DNA of 64,000 nucleotides from Anolis carolinensis (taxonomy: Eukaryota): contig NC_085846.1 in NCBI RefSeq assembly GCF_035594765.1, positions 74,883,190 to 74,947,189 on the forward strand, read 5' to 3'. The position numbers were made by a program, and so were the translations under genes. Positions 25,082 through 37,759 of this stretch are shown here, one piece after another. Below the pieces are notes generated by a model, which was given only the letters and a program-made list of their open reading frames with translations, was not told where the DNA came from and searched no databases. The stretch's first letter is position 1, and the number at the start of each line of letters is the position of its first letter.

Positions 25082-26699
25082 TATTGACAGGTTTTTCCTG
25101 TCAATAGAAGGTAATGGGGTTTGTCATGGGGCGAGGGGGCTGGCAGCGGGTATAGCACAATATCATACAATAAGGCCACCCTGAGTCCCCCTCCCCCGGG
25201 TGTGTGTGTGAAATAGATGGGATATAAATGTATGAAATAAATAAATACATAAATAAGGACTGTAACCAAAGGTGGTAAACCTGCTTCTATGACAGTTTGC
25301 TACTTCTGTGTGATAAAGTCCTATGAATGGAGTCCCATGTTTAATCTCCCATTTACTTTGTTTGATCAAGTGCGCAGCATGAGCGAAGAATGGAAAGAAT
25401 TGGGAGTTTCCCTGGGTGATTTTTCTAATCAAAAATCATTCACAAGCCTACATAACTATTTGTTCCATAGGAGAAGAATGCAAATAATGATTTAGAGCTG
25501 AAATTGGGTTAATTTCTGCCCAAACCTACATTGCCTCTCCATTTAGATTAGCCACATACAAAAAAAAACACCCCGGTTTTCTGAGCAAGATCAATTACAG
25601 ATTTACTTGTATCATAATTATAGTGGCCCAAACCCAACTCTTACCGTCATTCTAGGTTTTACGCAGAATGATTGAGATGGTACAATTCTTATCAACTTAA
25701 AAACTTTAAAAATGGGGCACCTCTTAAATATAAGAATATTTTAAAAATAGCCAGCTTCCTGTATAATGTGTTAGGAATAGTCATACCGTAGCCTCAATTT
25801 TCCGTCTTATTTTGCATAATGCATACAATAGTTTTCCCTTAAGCGTCTTCTGCTATGTCTCATTTTGCCAATGCCTTTTCATTGAATGAAATCCATTGTA
25901 TTAAGTTCTGTAGGAAAGAAAACATAACAAGCAGCTTACTTGCTCCTTCTTCCTTTATGTGTTATTCATACAAATCTGCCTCCTGAAATTTTTGAAACAA
26001 ATAGTAAAAAAAAAAAAAAAGCATCAACAGATCAGTTCACACTCCCAGGATAGCAGAGGCCTGTTGCTGGCAGCCTATTTGGCAGGGCTTCTTGTCAAAT
26101 GAGTTGATTGTTTCAAGCAACAGCCCCTTTTCAGCATCTCTTCTGGGAGTTTGTTTGGCAGACAAATGAAATCCAACAATAGGAAAAGTTTCCCCAGTAT
26201 GTGCTGCAGGGTAATCCATATCAAATGACTTTGAAAAATGGAAAAAAAAAGAAAGATATATGTGGTCTTGTAAGGGGGCAAAGGATGAGAGGATGCTAAA
26301 TGAACAGTACCTTTTATTCAAGCCAATAAAATGTTGGTGGAGCAAGCTATGGTGTTTTCCAAAATTCAGACATGATGGCATAAAAAATTAGGAGATAAGG
26401 GAAGAAACAAAGCTTCAAAAATTTGACCTGCCCTTAGCCATTCTTTGTTTCTGGATGCAGTTCCAAGATGCTCCCCACAGCTCTGTGAAGAGATCTTGAA
26501 AATTCTGATTTCAGCTTGCTGAAATCACCTGAGGAGACTTGCAGTAGAGAATTGATAAGAATTAATATTCCTTCAGAATAAGAAGGAAGAAAAGGCAGAG
26601 AATGTGGCAGTGGAGAAGGAGGATGAAGAAGAGAAGGAGTTTGGCCCAGATCTGTTTTTAGCCTCCAGTTTTTTAATATTTTATGCAGTATATTGATTT

Positions 26700-26849
26700 T
26701 TATGACTGTTTTACTGATGTTGATGTCTTATTGATGTGTAAAATTGTTTTTACTGTTTTATCGCTGTTATTGTATTTTTATGTCGGGCATGGCCCCATGT
26801 AAGCCTCTCCGAGTCCCGCCGGGGAGATGGGGCAAGGTATAAAAATAAA

Positions 26850-26903
<54 letters not shown>
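26700..26903 (+). repeat. L2-type 3' tail ending in a (TTA)n microsatellite (26851-26903)
   Basis: GTAAGCCTCTCCGAGTCCC..GGGGAGATGGGGCAAGGTATAAAAATAAA then (TTA)n; similar tails at about 7590, 38315, 43195 and 54760. Confidence 0.75.
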
Positions 26904-26904
<1 letters not shown>

Positions 26905-27504
26905 GGAGAAAGAAAAAACAGAGGAAGGAAAAAGCATTTCCAGGCCCTGCTTGCAGTATCCTGTTATGACTTAAACACATGCCATGTGTTAAGGAATTTC
27001 CTTTCATTAAGATCTACCACCTCATCGCAAAGGTCAGGCAAATAATCCCACTTCACCGCCGGACAGAGGGAGCAGAGGGGCAAATCTGTCACCCCACTCA
27101 CCACTCCCTTGAGGCGATGCTTCCTACATCAGATGTGGGGAGCATCTCCCTCCAGGCAAAGACCCGTGATGTCTCCATTGGAGCCAGCAAAACACGAGCA
27201 GGTTCTCATGTTGCGTGGGAAGCATCCAAGGATGCTTCCACCTCAGTTGGGGTGGGGCCTCCACCGGAAGTCACATAGCATGGGGCTCCGTTTCCAAGTC
27301 AGGATGGAAGCATCCTAGGATGCTTAAATTACCCCGTTCGATAAACTGCCCCTTGTTGGTCCCCCGTCACAGTCTTTTTTTCCCTCAGGCACCACCTCAA
27401 AACTTATCTATTGGTACAAGCTTTCATGGAATAAATGTTTGATTTGTCATCTATTGCTCTTTGCTGGCACTAATTTTGTTATTATTTTAGATATTCATTT
27501 TGAC

Positions 27505-28194
27505 TGTATTGTTGGCATGCCACATTTGCAGGTTTAACTTTTGCAGATTTGATTAGTATTTTCTGTCTGGGGATCTCTAGGTCCTCCAGCATGATGTTTG
27601 CTGGCTGCTGACCAGAGAGACCACAGGTTTCCCCTGAGGACCACAGACCCCATCAGATGCAGTCTTTTCTCTGTTTCTCCGTGCTGCTGAAATGGAATCC
27701 CATGGTAGCCATCACATGACAGAAGGCCACTTCCCGTGGTTGGCCATGGGACTCTGTTGCAGCAGCACAGAGAAACAGAGGGAAGACTGCATTTTCAGGA
27801 GTCGGGTGCTACCCAACTCCCAACAGGAGAAGTCAGGAAGAAGCCAGGAAGGGACATGGGATGGCTGGCTGCCATTCCTGAACATGGAAAGTTATGGGAC
27901 CTGATGGTAGGGAACAAAAGAAGACAATTTCCTCTGCTTTCCCCCACTTTCCCCACTTTCATGTGATGCGGTCTATAGAGATTAATAGAGAGAGCACATC
28001 TCTAAGAACCTCTAGGTCCCTCAGTGTGATTTTGTAATCATATTTTGATGGAAGCTAATTGCAGAGTTGCTCTGGAAGATCTGAAGATTCCTAGAGAAGT
28101 GTTCTATTTTTTTTAATTGTTTTTAAATTTGTGGTTCTTCCACTTTTATTGGAGTTTTACACCTCAGTTCTGTGACAGTGGAAGTCCTGCTGTA
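27505..28194. mobile_element. Old non-autonomous DNA element(s), probably Tc1/Tigger-like, with an internal inverted repeat
   Basis: Recurrent TCTCTAGGTCC motifs; ends ...CTGCTGTA; inverted repeat at 27657-27792; boundaries approximate. Confidence 0.45.
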
Positions 28195-29140
28195 CCTTTT
28201 GTGTAGATCATTAGCCAATCTGAAGAAGAGAGATATAAAGAAATAACAACAATAACCCAGGAAGGTTACAGTCAGAAAACAGAAAAGACACATGGACACT
28301 GAATGCTTGATCCTTTCCATCTTTCTCCTATACTCTACCCCTATACCTCTTATTCATTTTTAGAGGAAAAATAAAAGATCCCAGGATCTTCCACACATGT
28401 TTTTACTTTCTAATTAAAAGCAGTTTTGTAAGGGTTATTTATATCTGGGATATGCCTGTAAGAATAAGTCTTAAATAGCTGGGGCCAACTTGCTTTTCTT
28501 ATATTCAGGCGTAAACCTAGGTCTGACTACATTCATTGCAAACTTGGCAGTCAACAAACTTGTAAATTCCACTGAGTCAACACATCTGTTCTAGTAAAGA
28601 CTATCTGCTGGATTTTGGCCATTTGTTTGGGATTTTAAAAAACAAATGATCTAATAACAGATTTTCAATTTAATTATGGTAACTTAGTGCCATCAAAAGC
28701 AAAACAAGTATGCTCTATTAATTAGAAATCAAAGGCTTTTTAATTAAATGAAAATTAAAGGAAAGATAAATGAGTCAATAGCTTACTATCCAATGTTTCA
28801 CAAATGAAAACTGGAGTACATGGTGCCCACCAACATCAGAATATGGACAAGAAGGTAAAAGTTATTAATGAGGAAGAACATACAGGCTAGGAGAGGCTGC
28901 AGTAGTTTGCTTTTGTCTGAATCTATTGGAAAAGGCAATACAGGCATGCCTTCATTAGTGATGCCTTTTGACACGGGAAGCCCCCACTGGTGCAGCGGGT
29001 TAAACTGCTGAGCTGCTGAACTTGCTGACCAAATGGTCGGTGATTCGAATTCGAGGAACGGGGTGAGCTCCTGTTGTTAGCCACAGCTTCTGCCAGCCTA
29101 GCAGTTCGAAAACATGCAAATGTGAATAGATCAATAGGTA

Positions 29141-29884
29141 ACAATACTTGGACAGAGATCCTAAAATATATGACAGCTGCAATACAAGCCGTGATAGCCC
29201 GAGGATGGAGAGATGATAAAAAGTGGGATTTAGAAACTTGGTGGGCTTATATATCAGAATATATAACTAATGACTTCATCAATCAAAGGATAATTGACAA
29301 AACAGACAGAGACAACAGATACAGTACCTTGAACCAGGCTTTCCACATGGTTAAACTGCTGCAATGACAAGATTTAGAATTGCTGTTCCAGGGGGTGGGG
29401 GGGAATGGGGGGGAGGGCGGGGGTGGGGGGAATGGGGGGGAGGGCGGGGGTGGGGGGTGATACATATCTAAGGTAAAAGGTAAAGGTTTCCCCTAACGTT
29501 AAGTCCAGTCATGTCTGACTCTGGGGGTTGGTGCTCATCTCAATTTCTAAGCCGAAGAGCCGGCATTGTCCGTAGACACCTCCAAGGTCATGTGGCTGGC
29601 ATGACTGCATGGAGCGCCATTACCTTCCCGCCAGAGCGGTACCTATTGATCTACTCACATTGGTATGTTTTCGAACTGCTAGGTTGGCAGGAGCTGGAGC
29701 TAACATCGGCCGCTCACGCCACTCCCGGGATTTGAACCTGGGACCTGGGAACCATGTATATATCTATGGAACGTTTAAAATGTCATTTAAGGAATATTTA
29801 CTTTTGGAATAATGTATGCTGAAATAAGTCCTTTATGGCAAAAGTTTGTTAATTGTCGGGATGTATCAAATAATTTTTTTAAAA
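29141..29884 (+). mobile_element. 5'-truncated L1-like LINE (ORF2 C-terminus and G-rich 3' UTR)
   Basis: Reads ILKYMTAAIQAVIARGWRDDKKWDLETWWAYI, resembling L1-clade ORF2 ends; G-tract at 29390-29458; A-rich 3' end; 8-bp TSD AATAGGTA. Confidence 0.65.
29471..29756 (-). mobile_element. Sauria SINE (5'-truncated) nested in the L1-like fragment
   Basis: AGGTAAAAGGTAAAGGTTTCCCC tail; TSD TACATATCTA / TATATATCTA. Confidence 0.9.
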
Positions 29885-30402
29885 AATAGGTACCGCTTTG
29901 GTGGAAAGGTAACAGCGCTCATGCAGTCATGCCAGCTACATGACCTTGGAGGCGTCTACAGACAACGCTGGCTCTTTGGTTTAGAAATGGAGATAAGCAC
30001 CAACCCCCAGAATCGGACACGACGAGACTTAATGTTAGGGGAAACCTTTACCTTTACCTTGACACAGATATCTCCTTTTTACAAAGGCTTTTACTGCTTG
30101 TCCATTCCCTAACCCCACTTTTGAAAGTTTTCTTCTTTAGCATGAGGAGAATGGCAAAGGAGGGCAGGGGGATCAGAAACTTTCAGTGCCATGTTGCAGA
30201 AATGTATCAGTAATCAATGCCATAAAGCTTGTACTTGGTTGAGGGATTATTTTGTAACCAATCCCACTATAGTTGTGGGTGCCTGCTTACAACAGGGAAT
30301 GAAAACAGCAACTGCTTCCAGAATTTCTTACTGGACATTCATTAACACCAAAAGAAAGAAACTATGAAATATGAATAAACCTATCTTACTAGCTTCCCCC
30401 AG

Positions 30403-30482
30403 CATGTCCCAAAAGCATATGTTTATAAGTTTGGCTATCAAAATGGAAGTCATAGGCAAAATGGAAGTTGGTGAAAGTGAAA
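30403..30482 (+). pseudogene. Possible Tigger/pogo transposase N-terminal (CENP-B-type HTH) remnant
   Basis: SMSQKHMFISLAIKMEVIGKMEVGES resembles the (K/R)..(I/L)(S/T)L..K.E(V/I)I...E.G pattern; short, no TIR found. Confidence 0.45.
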
Positions 30483-31779
30483 AAAAATATCTCTGGATGG
30501 GTTTTAGAAGAAACTTTCAAGTAATCTCTAGAAGGTTCAATATGTTCTTATTTTTATTTAATCATGGCAATCTTGACCTGTTTGTTTCCACATGAGTGTA
30601 TTTTGAGCAAAATGTTTGCTGGAACATATTGAACTGCTTTTCTTATTTGTGGAGTAAGAACATATCCCCAATCTTTCACTTTTATTTCTGCCACTGGTAC
30701 CAATTTTTCTATTAAAGAAATAATACCCGGGAACATATCTAGTTCATTAGCTGAAGCATAGCTTTATTCCACCCTCTCCTGTCCTCTTGCTGAGTTAATT
30801 GGGTGCAAACTATTTTAACTTTGAACTCATTTTGCAAGAGTAAAACAAAGCCAAAGACAGAGGGAGAAGAAGAGAGGTAGGCTGCAGAGAAGTAATGGCG
30901 AATGATTCCTGCCAAATTAGACAATTATAAGATATGCAATAAGAATTGTGACAAAGGCTAGCATCAGGGGGTCAATAGTTGCCATTAGGAGGCCTACTGC
31001 CTACCCATAGAACTGAATTTTCCAAACATTTCATGTTGGTAATACACTTTTTAGACATACATCATTTTGTGACACAGTAATTCAATTTGACTAGCAAACT
31101 GGAGGTCAAACCAACCCCTTATAAGAGATATGGACACAGACATAAATCAAATGTGTGGGGATGCAACACATCTCAAGAAAAAAATTCATATTTTTAATAT
31201 GATTTACTGCTTATTTCACATAGATTCAGAGATTTCTTGTTACGTTCATGCCACGCACACTGCAGTCAATATACTAATGTGTTGTGACATACAGTTTGGA
31301 AAGCTCTGCTGTAGGGTGTTCTGCCTATTCATGAGCCCCCTTCAAGCAAAAAAAAGTATTAAGAATTGGAGTAGTAACTTCAATATAATCTCATCCATTC
31401 TCTCCGAAATGCAGTGTGTATTAGGTTCAAAATCATGCAGCATAGTGAAGAGGAAATACATCTGAGGTAGGGAGCTTTCTCTTTTCTTGAAGTGTAAACA
31501 AATCCTAGAATGAAACACAGATAATACACACATTCCATTGGGCTTGTTTGCTTCTGGTCTGGTATATCTATCTTCTCATAGAATGATTGCTTGAACTGTG
31601 CTTTAAAAATGCATCACCGCAAAACTAGGCAAATTAAATAGGACAGAGATTTGCAAAATAATTACATACTTTAAAGGAGGTGTATAGATGCAAATTTGTA
31701 TGTTACAAGTTGATACAGACTTCAACACACTTCAAATGAATGAATCTACCTTAGGTATGTAATCCTCATAGTGGGTTAC

Positions 31780-33530
31780 AAACATTACTCAAAACACAGA
31801 ATCACCTAAACGCATTCAATAAAATACACATATCAAAATGTATTTCTACAAAATATATATTAAAATACATAGAACAAAGATTAAATATAAGATGCAAGTT
31901 TAGAATTTGTGATTAAAACTGGTTGGGTAGACTTGTCAGAAGAGATAGGTTTTCAAATGTATTTTTCATTTCTATAGCTCATTTAGCTTTAGGAGCTCTT
32001 ACGGCGGGTCATTCCACAGTCTTGGGGTGGCCGGTGAAAAGATCCTCTGGGTAACAGTCATCAGTCGGGTTCTGGCTGGTTGAAGTAGTCATCCCCCAGA
32101 GGACTTAAGTGTTTGGGGCATATTGTACAGAAGAAGGCAATCCTTCAAGTAAACTGGACCCACACCATGTAGGGCTTTAAAGATCAAAGCCAACACTTTG
32201 CACTTTGCTTGGAAACTAATTGGCAGCCAGTGGAGTGTCTTTAGTATGGGTGTAATATGTTCCCTCTGGATGTTCCTGTAACCAATCTGGCTGCCATATT
32301 TTGAACCAACTGGAGTTTCCAAACTTGGTACAAAGTTAGCCCCATGTAAAGTGCATTGCAGAAGTCCAACCTTGAGGTTACCACTGCATGCACTACCATC
32401 TTTATGTCTCCAAATCTAGGAAGGGGAGCAGCTGGCATATCAGCCGAAGTTGATATTATTTAGCACTCCTGACCGTCACATCTACCTGGGCTGACATTTG
32501 GAGAGACGGATCCAGGAGCACTCCCAAGCTGCAGTCTTTCAGGAGGAGTGTAACCCCATCCAGGACTGATTGACATACCTCCATTTCCAGATTAGGATCC
32601 TTGATGACAAGCACCTTTGTTTGTCTGGATTGAGTTTCAGTTTGTTTTTTCTCATCCAGTCCATTACCTCTTCCAGGCATTCATTCAGAGGAGACACACT
32701 ACTTTTAGCTGAAGCTGTTTTTAAAGGCATCAAGAACTATATTAGGGTGTCATCAGCATACTGAGGCATCCCATGCCTCGGGGTGATCTCTCCCAGTGGT
32801 GTCATGTAAATATTAAAAAAACATTGGGGATAGAACAGCTGGAGCCTGCCTGAGAGGTACGACCAGAACCACTGCAAGACAGTGCCTCCAATTCCCAACC
32901 CCTCCAGATGTTCCAGAAGGATACCATGGTTAATGATAAAGAAAGCCACTGAGAGGTCTAGAAGCATCAACAGAGACACACATCGCTTGTTGGCGTTAAG
33001 GCAGAGATCATTCACTTAGGCAGTGGTTCTTAACCTGTGAGTCCCCAGGTGTTTTGGCCTACAATTCCTAGAAATCCCAGACACTTTACCAGCTGTTAGG
33101 ATTTCTGGTGGATGAAGGCCAAAACATCTGGGGACCCATCTGGGGACCCACAGGTTGAGAACCACTGCACTAAGGTGACTATAGCAGTCTCAACTCCATA
33201 TTCTGCTTTGAAGATAGTTTGAAAAGGGCCAAGACTGCCTGAAATTGGAGGGCAACTGCTTTCTCAATCATATTGCCCAAAAATGAAGGTTAGAGACTGG
33301 TCTGTAATTATTAAAGTCCGGGTATCCAGGGAGGGCTTTTTTAGCAGTGGTCTAACTCCTGCTTCTTTTAAGCAGGATGGAAAATTCCCTTCCCTGAGAT
33401 ATACATGTTGTATTTGAGACTGAATTGCTTCTCCTCCCCCCTCCCCCCCCCAACGACCAGCCAAGAGGAGCAGGGACCAAGAAAGCAGTTTGCCTTTCTT
33501 ACTTGCCCCAGTAGCTTGTCCACATCAGCT
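31780..33530 (-). mobile_element. Old L2 LINE (RT region to 3' end), multiply disrupted
   Basis: Frameshifted pieces FPSCLKEA.VRPLLKKPSLD, LLDLSVAF..INHGILL, QYADDT, WMRKNKLKLNPDK, SRLDFCNALY, HITPILKTLHWLP. Confidence 0.9.
33021..33167. mobile_element. SPIN-like hAT MITE nested in L2
   Basis: TIRs; TSD CACTTAGG / CACTAAGG; internal 12-bp tandem duplication of CATCTGGGGACC. Confidence 0.9.
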
Positions 33531-33904
33531 AATGATCTTTTTCTCTCTACATACATTTTGGCATCTTTTACAGAGCATGGTGTTTCCCTAAGCATGCCGA
33601 CCTCTGCACCTCTTTCTTCTTATTAGCTCCATTTTGGTTATTCAGTTGTCATAATAAACTAATATCCGTTGCTATTCCAAGATTCTCATTGGTTTGTACA
33701 AGAAGAAAATCCGAAAGAAATGCTAGGTTTTTCAAGATGCTTATTTTTACACTTTAGATAGTTGATCTATTTTAAAAACTGTTTCACTTGCCAACATAGA
33801 TGACAAATAATTGCTCATCTCAGTGGTTCAAATCTCCACATGGGTGGAAGAGTTATCACTACTATCAATCAATTACTATATACAGAATCAGTTCAAGGTA
33901 GGTT

Positions 33905-34299
33905 ATATAGGTGTGTTATTAAGTTGAATTTGTTTGTAAGTCAGAACAGGGACATTTTTTAAGTGTAACTCCAGCCAAAAAAGATAGCCCTTCCCTAAGC
34001 TATCCAAAGCTTAAAAGTATAACACCCCTGAAGTTTTTGTTTTACTGTCTGCATCCCTGTTCAGAAGATTTTACCTCACTTTCTGTCCTTGTGATAATTG
34101 GATTTTGAAAAAATAGTCTTGTTGCAGAAACAAGGATTGGTGATAAAGCTTCAGTTGAGACACCTGTTCCCCATGATAACTCTTTCAGGAGTGAATTTCT
34201 CTTCCGAGGGGTAGATTTCTCACACTTCCTGTTGTCTCACTCTTGTTCTTAACTATGAGTCATTTGTAAGTCAGATGTCTGGAACTCAGGGACTGCCTG
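33905..34299. mobile_element. Tigger/mariner-like non-autonomous element (right end clear, left end degenerate)
   Basis: Right end GGGACTGCCTG followed by TA; TTTGTAAGTCAGA motif near both ends. Confidence 0.55.
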
Positions 34300-34473
34300 T
34301 ACATAGTATTTCTCAGCTATCTTGTACTGCAGAAAAAGCAAATATTATTTTTAAGAATCCAACCTCTGCATGAAGATTACTTTAACTGACCCCTTTTGAT
34401 TCAGATTTAGGATTGTCAGGTCAGAATAATCCCATACCCTGAGATCTCCTGGCCCAAACATAAGAAGTGGAAA

Positions 34474-35756
34474 TTTATTTATTTATTTATTTTTCAAACT
34501 TATATGCCGCTACTCCCCTAGGGCTCGGGGCGGCTTACAAGAACCGGCTAAAATCAACAATTTAAAAACATCTTAAAACATCTTTAAAACATCTTTAAAA
34601 ATATCTTAAAAACATCCTAAAAGCACCTTTTAAAACATCTAACAGAACTCAAAGGCCTGCCGAAACAGGTGTGTCTTACATGCCCTGCGGAAAACCGACA
34701 AGTCCCGCAAGGCACGGACTTCAGGTGGCAAGGTGTTCCAGAGAGATGGCGCCACTACTGAAAAGGCTCTGCGTCTGGTTGTTGTTAGACGCAAGGTCTT
34801 AAAACTGGGGACTTCCAACAGGTCTTGGTCCTCAGAACGGAGGGATCTCTGGGGTTTGTAGGGAGTGAGGCGGTCCCTCAGTTACATCGGCCCTAGACCA
34901 TGTAAGGCCTTAAAGGTAAGTACCATCACTTTGAAAGTGATCCAGTGCTCAATTGGTAACCAGTGCAGCTGCCGTAAGATTGGTGTTATGTGGCATCTCA
35001 TCGGGACTCCCGCAAGGAGCCAGGCAGCTGCATTTTGCACCAATTTGAGCTTCCGGATCACTGACACAGGAAGGCCGATGTAAAGGGCATTACAGTAGTC
35101 CAGTCTCGAGATGACCGTAGCCTGGATCACCGTAGCCAGGTTGTCCCTAGACAGATAGGGGGCTAGCCGTCTAGCCTGCCGAAGATGAAAAAAGGCGGTT
35201 TTGCTAACGGCAGAGACCTGGGCCTCCATCGTCAGTGAAGGGTCCAAGAGGACTCCCAGACTCTTTACTAGTGAAGATGGGCATAGCGCTTCACCATCCA
35301 GGATTGGCAACTGGATATCCCCACTGCCCGGTCGGCCCAGCCATAGGATCTCCGTCTTTGCTGGATTCACCCTTAACCTACTGGAACGTAACCATCCAAT
35401 AATGGCCTTGAGGCACTGATGAAAATTGTCGGGTACAGAATCCGGTCGGCCTTCCATCTTTAACACAAGCTGAGTGTCGTCAGCATATTGATAACACTCG
35501 AGCCCGAAATCTCGGACCAACTGAGCAAGTGGTCGCATATAGATGTTAAACAACAGAGGGGAGAGAATGGCCCCCTGAGGAACCCCACAATGTAGAGGGG
35601 ACCTTTCAGAGACCAGGCCTCCCCTCTCCACTCGCTGTCCACAGTTGTGAAGAAAGGAGACCAGCCAATTTAAAGCTGTCCCCCTGACTCCAACAACGTC
35701 AAGGCGGTGGGTCAAAAGATTATGATCGACTGTGTCAAATGCTGTGTCAAATGCTG
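34474..35756 (-). mobile_element. Relatively young 5'-truncated L2 LINE with a long RT ORF
   Basis: 296-aa ORF with AFDTVDH, GVPQGAILSPLLFNIY, YADDTQL, SRLDYCN, LHWLP; premature stop at 34882 with the frame continuing; tail GTAAGCCGCCCCGAG followed by (TAAA)n. Confidence 0.95.
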
Positions 35757-35949
35757 AAATGGTTCCTGCCAATGTTATGGGGTGGCATAAAATTAAGTTT
35801 TGTAAGTTGCAACAAATTCATTGAAATCAGTTAGGGTTCACAAACTAAAGTAAACTACACAAGCAGATAAAAGTGTTTATATTTTCCAAGGAAAGATAAA
35901 CATAGGCTCATGATGGGCAGAGAGCTCTCATCAGAAGATTTGCCTATAG

Positions 35950-36084
35950 TAGTGTTTCTCAACCTGTGGGTCCCCAGGTGTTTTAACCTACAACTCCCAG
36001 GAATTCCAGCTAGTTTACCAGCTGTTAGGATTTCTGGGAGTTGAAGGCCAAAACATCTGGGGATCCACAGGTTGAGAACCACCG
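35950..36084. mobile_element. SPIN-like hAT MITE
   Basis: TIRs; perfect TSD GCCTATAG at 35942-35949 and 36085-36092. Confidence 0.92.
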
Positions 36085-36201
36085 GCCTATAGCCTTTGCC
36101 TCTTGTTTGGAGGTGACTGCATAAAAGCTGGAGAAGATGAATTTCTGCCACTTACCTGGAGGTGACCCATGAAATCTAGAGATTTAAACAAGAATTTTGA
36201 G

Positions 36202-36350
36202 ATCATAGAGTTGTATAAATTGGAAGAAACCACAAGAATCATCCAGTCCAACCCCATCCAGTCATGCACAAATATTCCATCAAAGCACTGTTGACATACG
36301 GTCATCCAGTCTCTATTTTAAAGACATCAAAAGAAGTAGATTCCACCAAG
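36202..36350 (-). mobile_element. CR1 3'-end fragment
   Basis: ATCATAGAGTTG...CCAGTCCAACCCC...CATCCAGTCTCT, similar to 9375-9520; comparable remnants at about 61335-61445 and 61550-61605. Confidence 0.6.
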
Positions 36351-37384
36351 GAAGGCAGAGCTCTTCATTAAGTTATCTCACAAGTGAGTCAGAAATAGTG
36401 ACTATCACAACTTCCAACAACTTCCAACATTTTAAGGCTGTGAAAGATGCCTGATAGCCAGATAATTTGGATTTATATCAAATTAGATAGATTTGCACCA
36501 CAAGCAAATTTCTAGAAGTACGAAAACTTGAAGTTGCATCTTCTCATCATGTCACCTCTTCTCTAAGGTTAGCAGCTAAGTATCTCCTGTTTCCTTATAA
36601 TTACAGCTATGTCCCAGGCCTTTGCACCAACTGCAGCAGAAAAACCACATTATCTCTTTTCTGAGAACTTACAAAGAGAGGAAACTTATAAAGAAAGACT
36701 CCATGCTGGTATGCTGTGGCTAAGAGGCCCACTTCAGTCATTTAAATCTTTGCAGGATCCTGCTATGAAGCACCCTGGCTGAAGCTAAACTGGTTTAGAC
36801 TCAGTTCATGGTGGGATGGAAGATACTCTGGGAAACTGAGCTTGTCCGCCTGACTCAAGAGCTATTTTCTTACTGTGCACAAGTTAGTTTCCAGTGAAGC
36901 TGTTGCTATGGGAACAGTGCTCACACCATGTTGTACAATCAATTTGCTCCTATGTTGTTAGTAAGATAAATGCTTAAAAACCTTTGTGTGAAAAGTGTAT
37001 ATATCAAATCCTAAATATAAGCCAATTTGCATAATACCACCAAAGTCACCACTATACATTTTGCAGATGCAATTTAATCTTAGGGTTTTTTTCTGCTCTC
37101 TGATATAACATAGGGAAATGTAATTCATAGGTACACCTGTCACAATGATAATGTTGCTCCCCCTAGTGTTCTGCTTAATTTTGTTTACGAAATTAGGAAT
37201 CGTTTTGCTAAGGAGTGGAACAGAATTCACTGCTGAGCACGTGCTTTGTATGGAGGAGGTTCCAAGTTCAGTTTCTGGCACCTCCAGGTACAACTGGGAA
37301 AATGTCTGGGCTGGACATTACTAAACATATTGGTACTGCCAGTACAGATAATAGTAAAACCAGATAAACAAATAATCAGAACTT

Positions 37385-37625
37385 GGACCCTATCACACTA
37401 TACAATTACAGTGCTATGATTCTTCTTTTACTGCCATGGTAGCATCCTATGGAATCCTGGGGTTTCCATAGGATGCAATTTAGGGAGGGATATTTCGAAT
37501 TCTCAGTTATATACCTCTACTGCCTTAGCAAACAATGAATCATAGAAGTCCATAAAATGTTGCCATGGCAGTTCATTAAGGTGGGAATCATAGCACTCTG
37601 ATTGTGTCATGTAAAAGAGACCCTG
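37385..37625. mobile_element. Degenerate palindromic MITE (possibly PIF/Harbinger-like)
   Basis: AGTGCTATGATTC...CTGCCATGG is inverted against CCATGGCAG...GAATCATAGCACT. Confidence 0.6.
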
Positions 37626-37759
37626 GTTTAAGGCAGCTTCCTATCTTCCTAAAATGTCCATTAGCAGATCACTGTCAAATTTTTAGATATTAAGGAAGAT
37701 GGCTATCAAATATATTTATATTTACATATTTATCTACACACTGTTCTTGCAGTGCCATG

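Larger units (their letters stand above)
28977..30059 (+). mobile_element. Sauria SINE split in two (28977-29140 and 29885-30059)
   Basis: The two halves join colinearly at AATAGGTA, which is duplicated at 29133-29140 and 29885-29892. Confidence 0.85.

Noticed and set aside
26037-26230. Minus-strand pyrimidine tract with AAG acceptor and an open frame (SFDMDYPAAHTGE...)
   Set aside because: Weak acceptor, no donor, unrecognised product.
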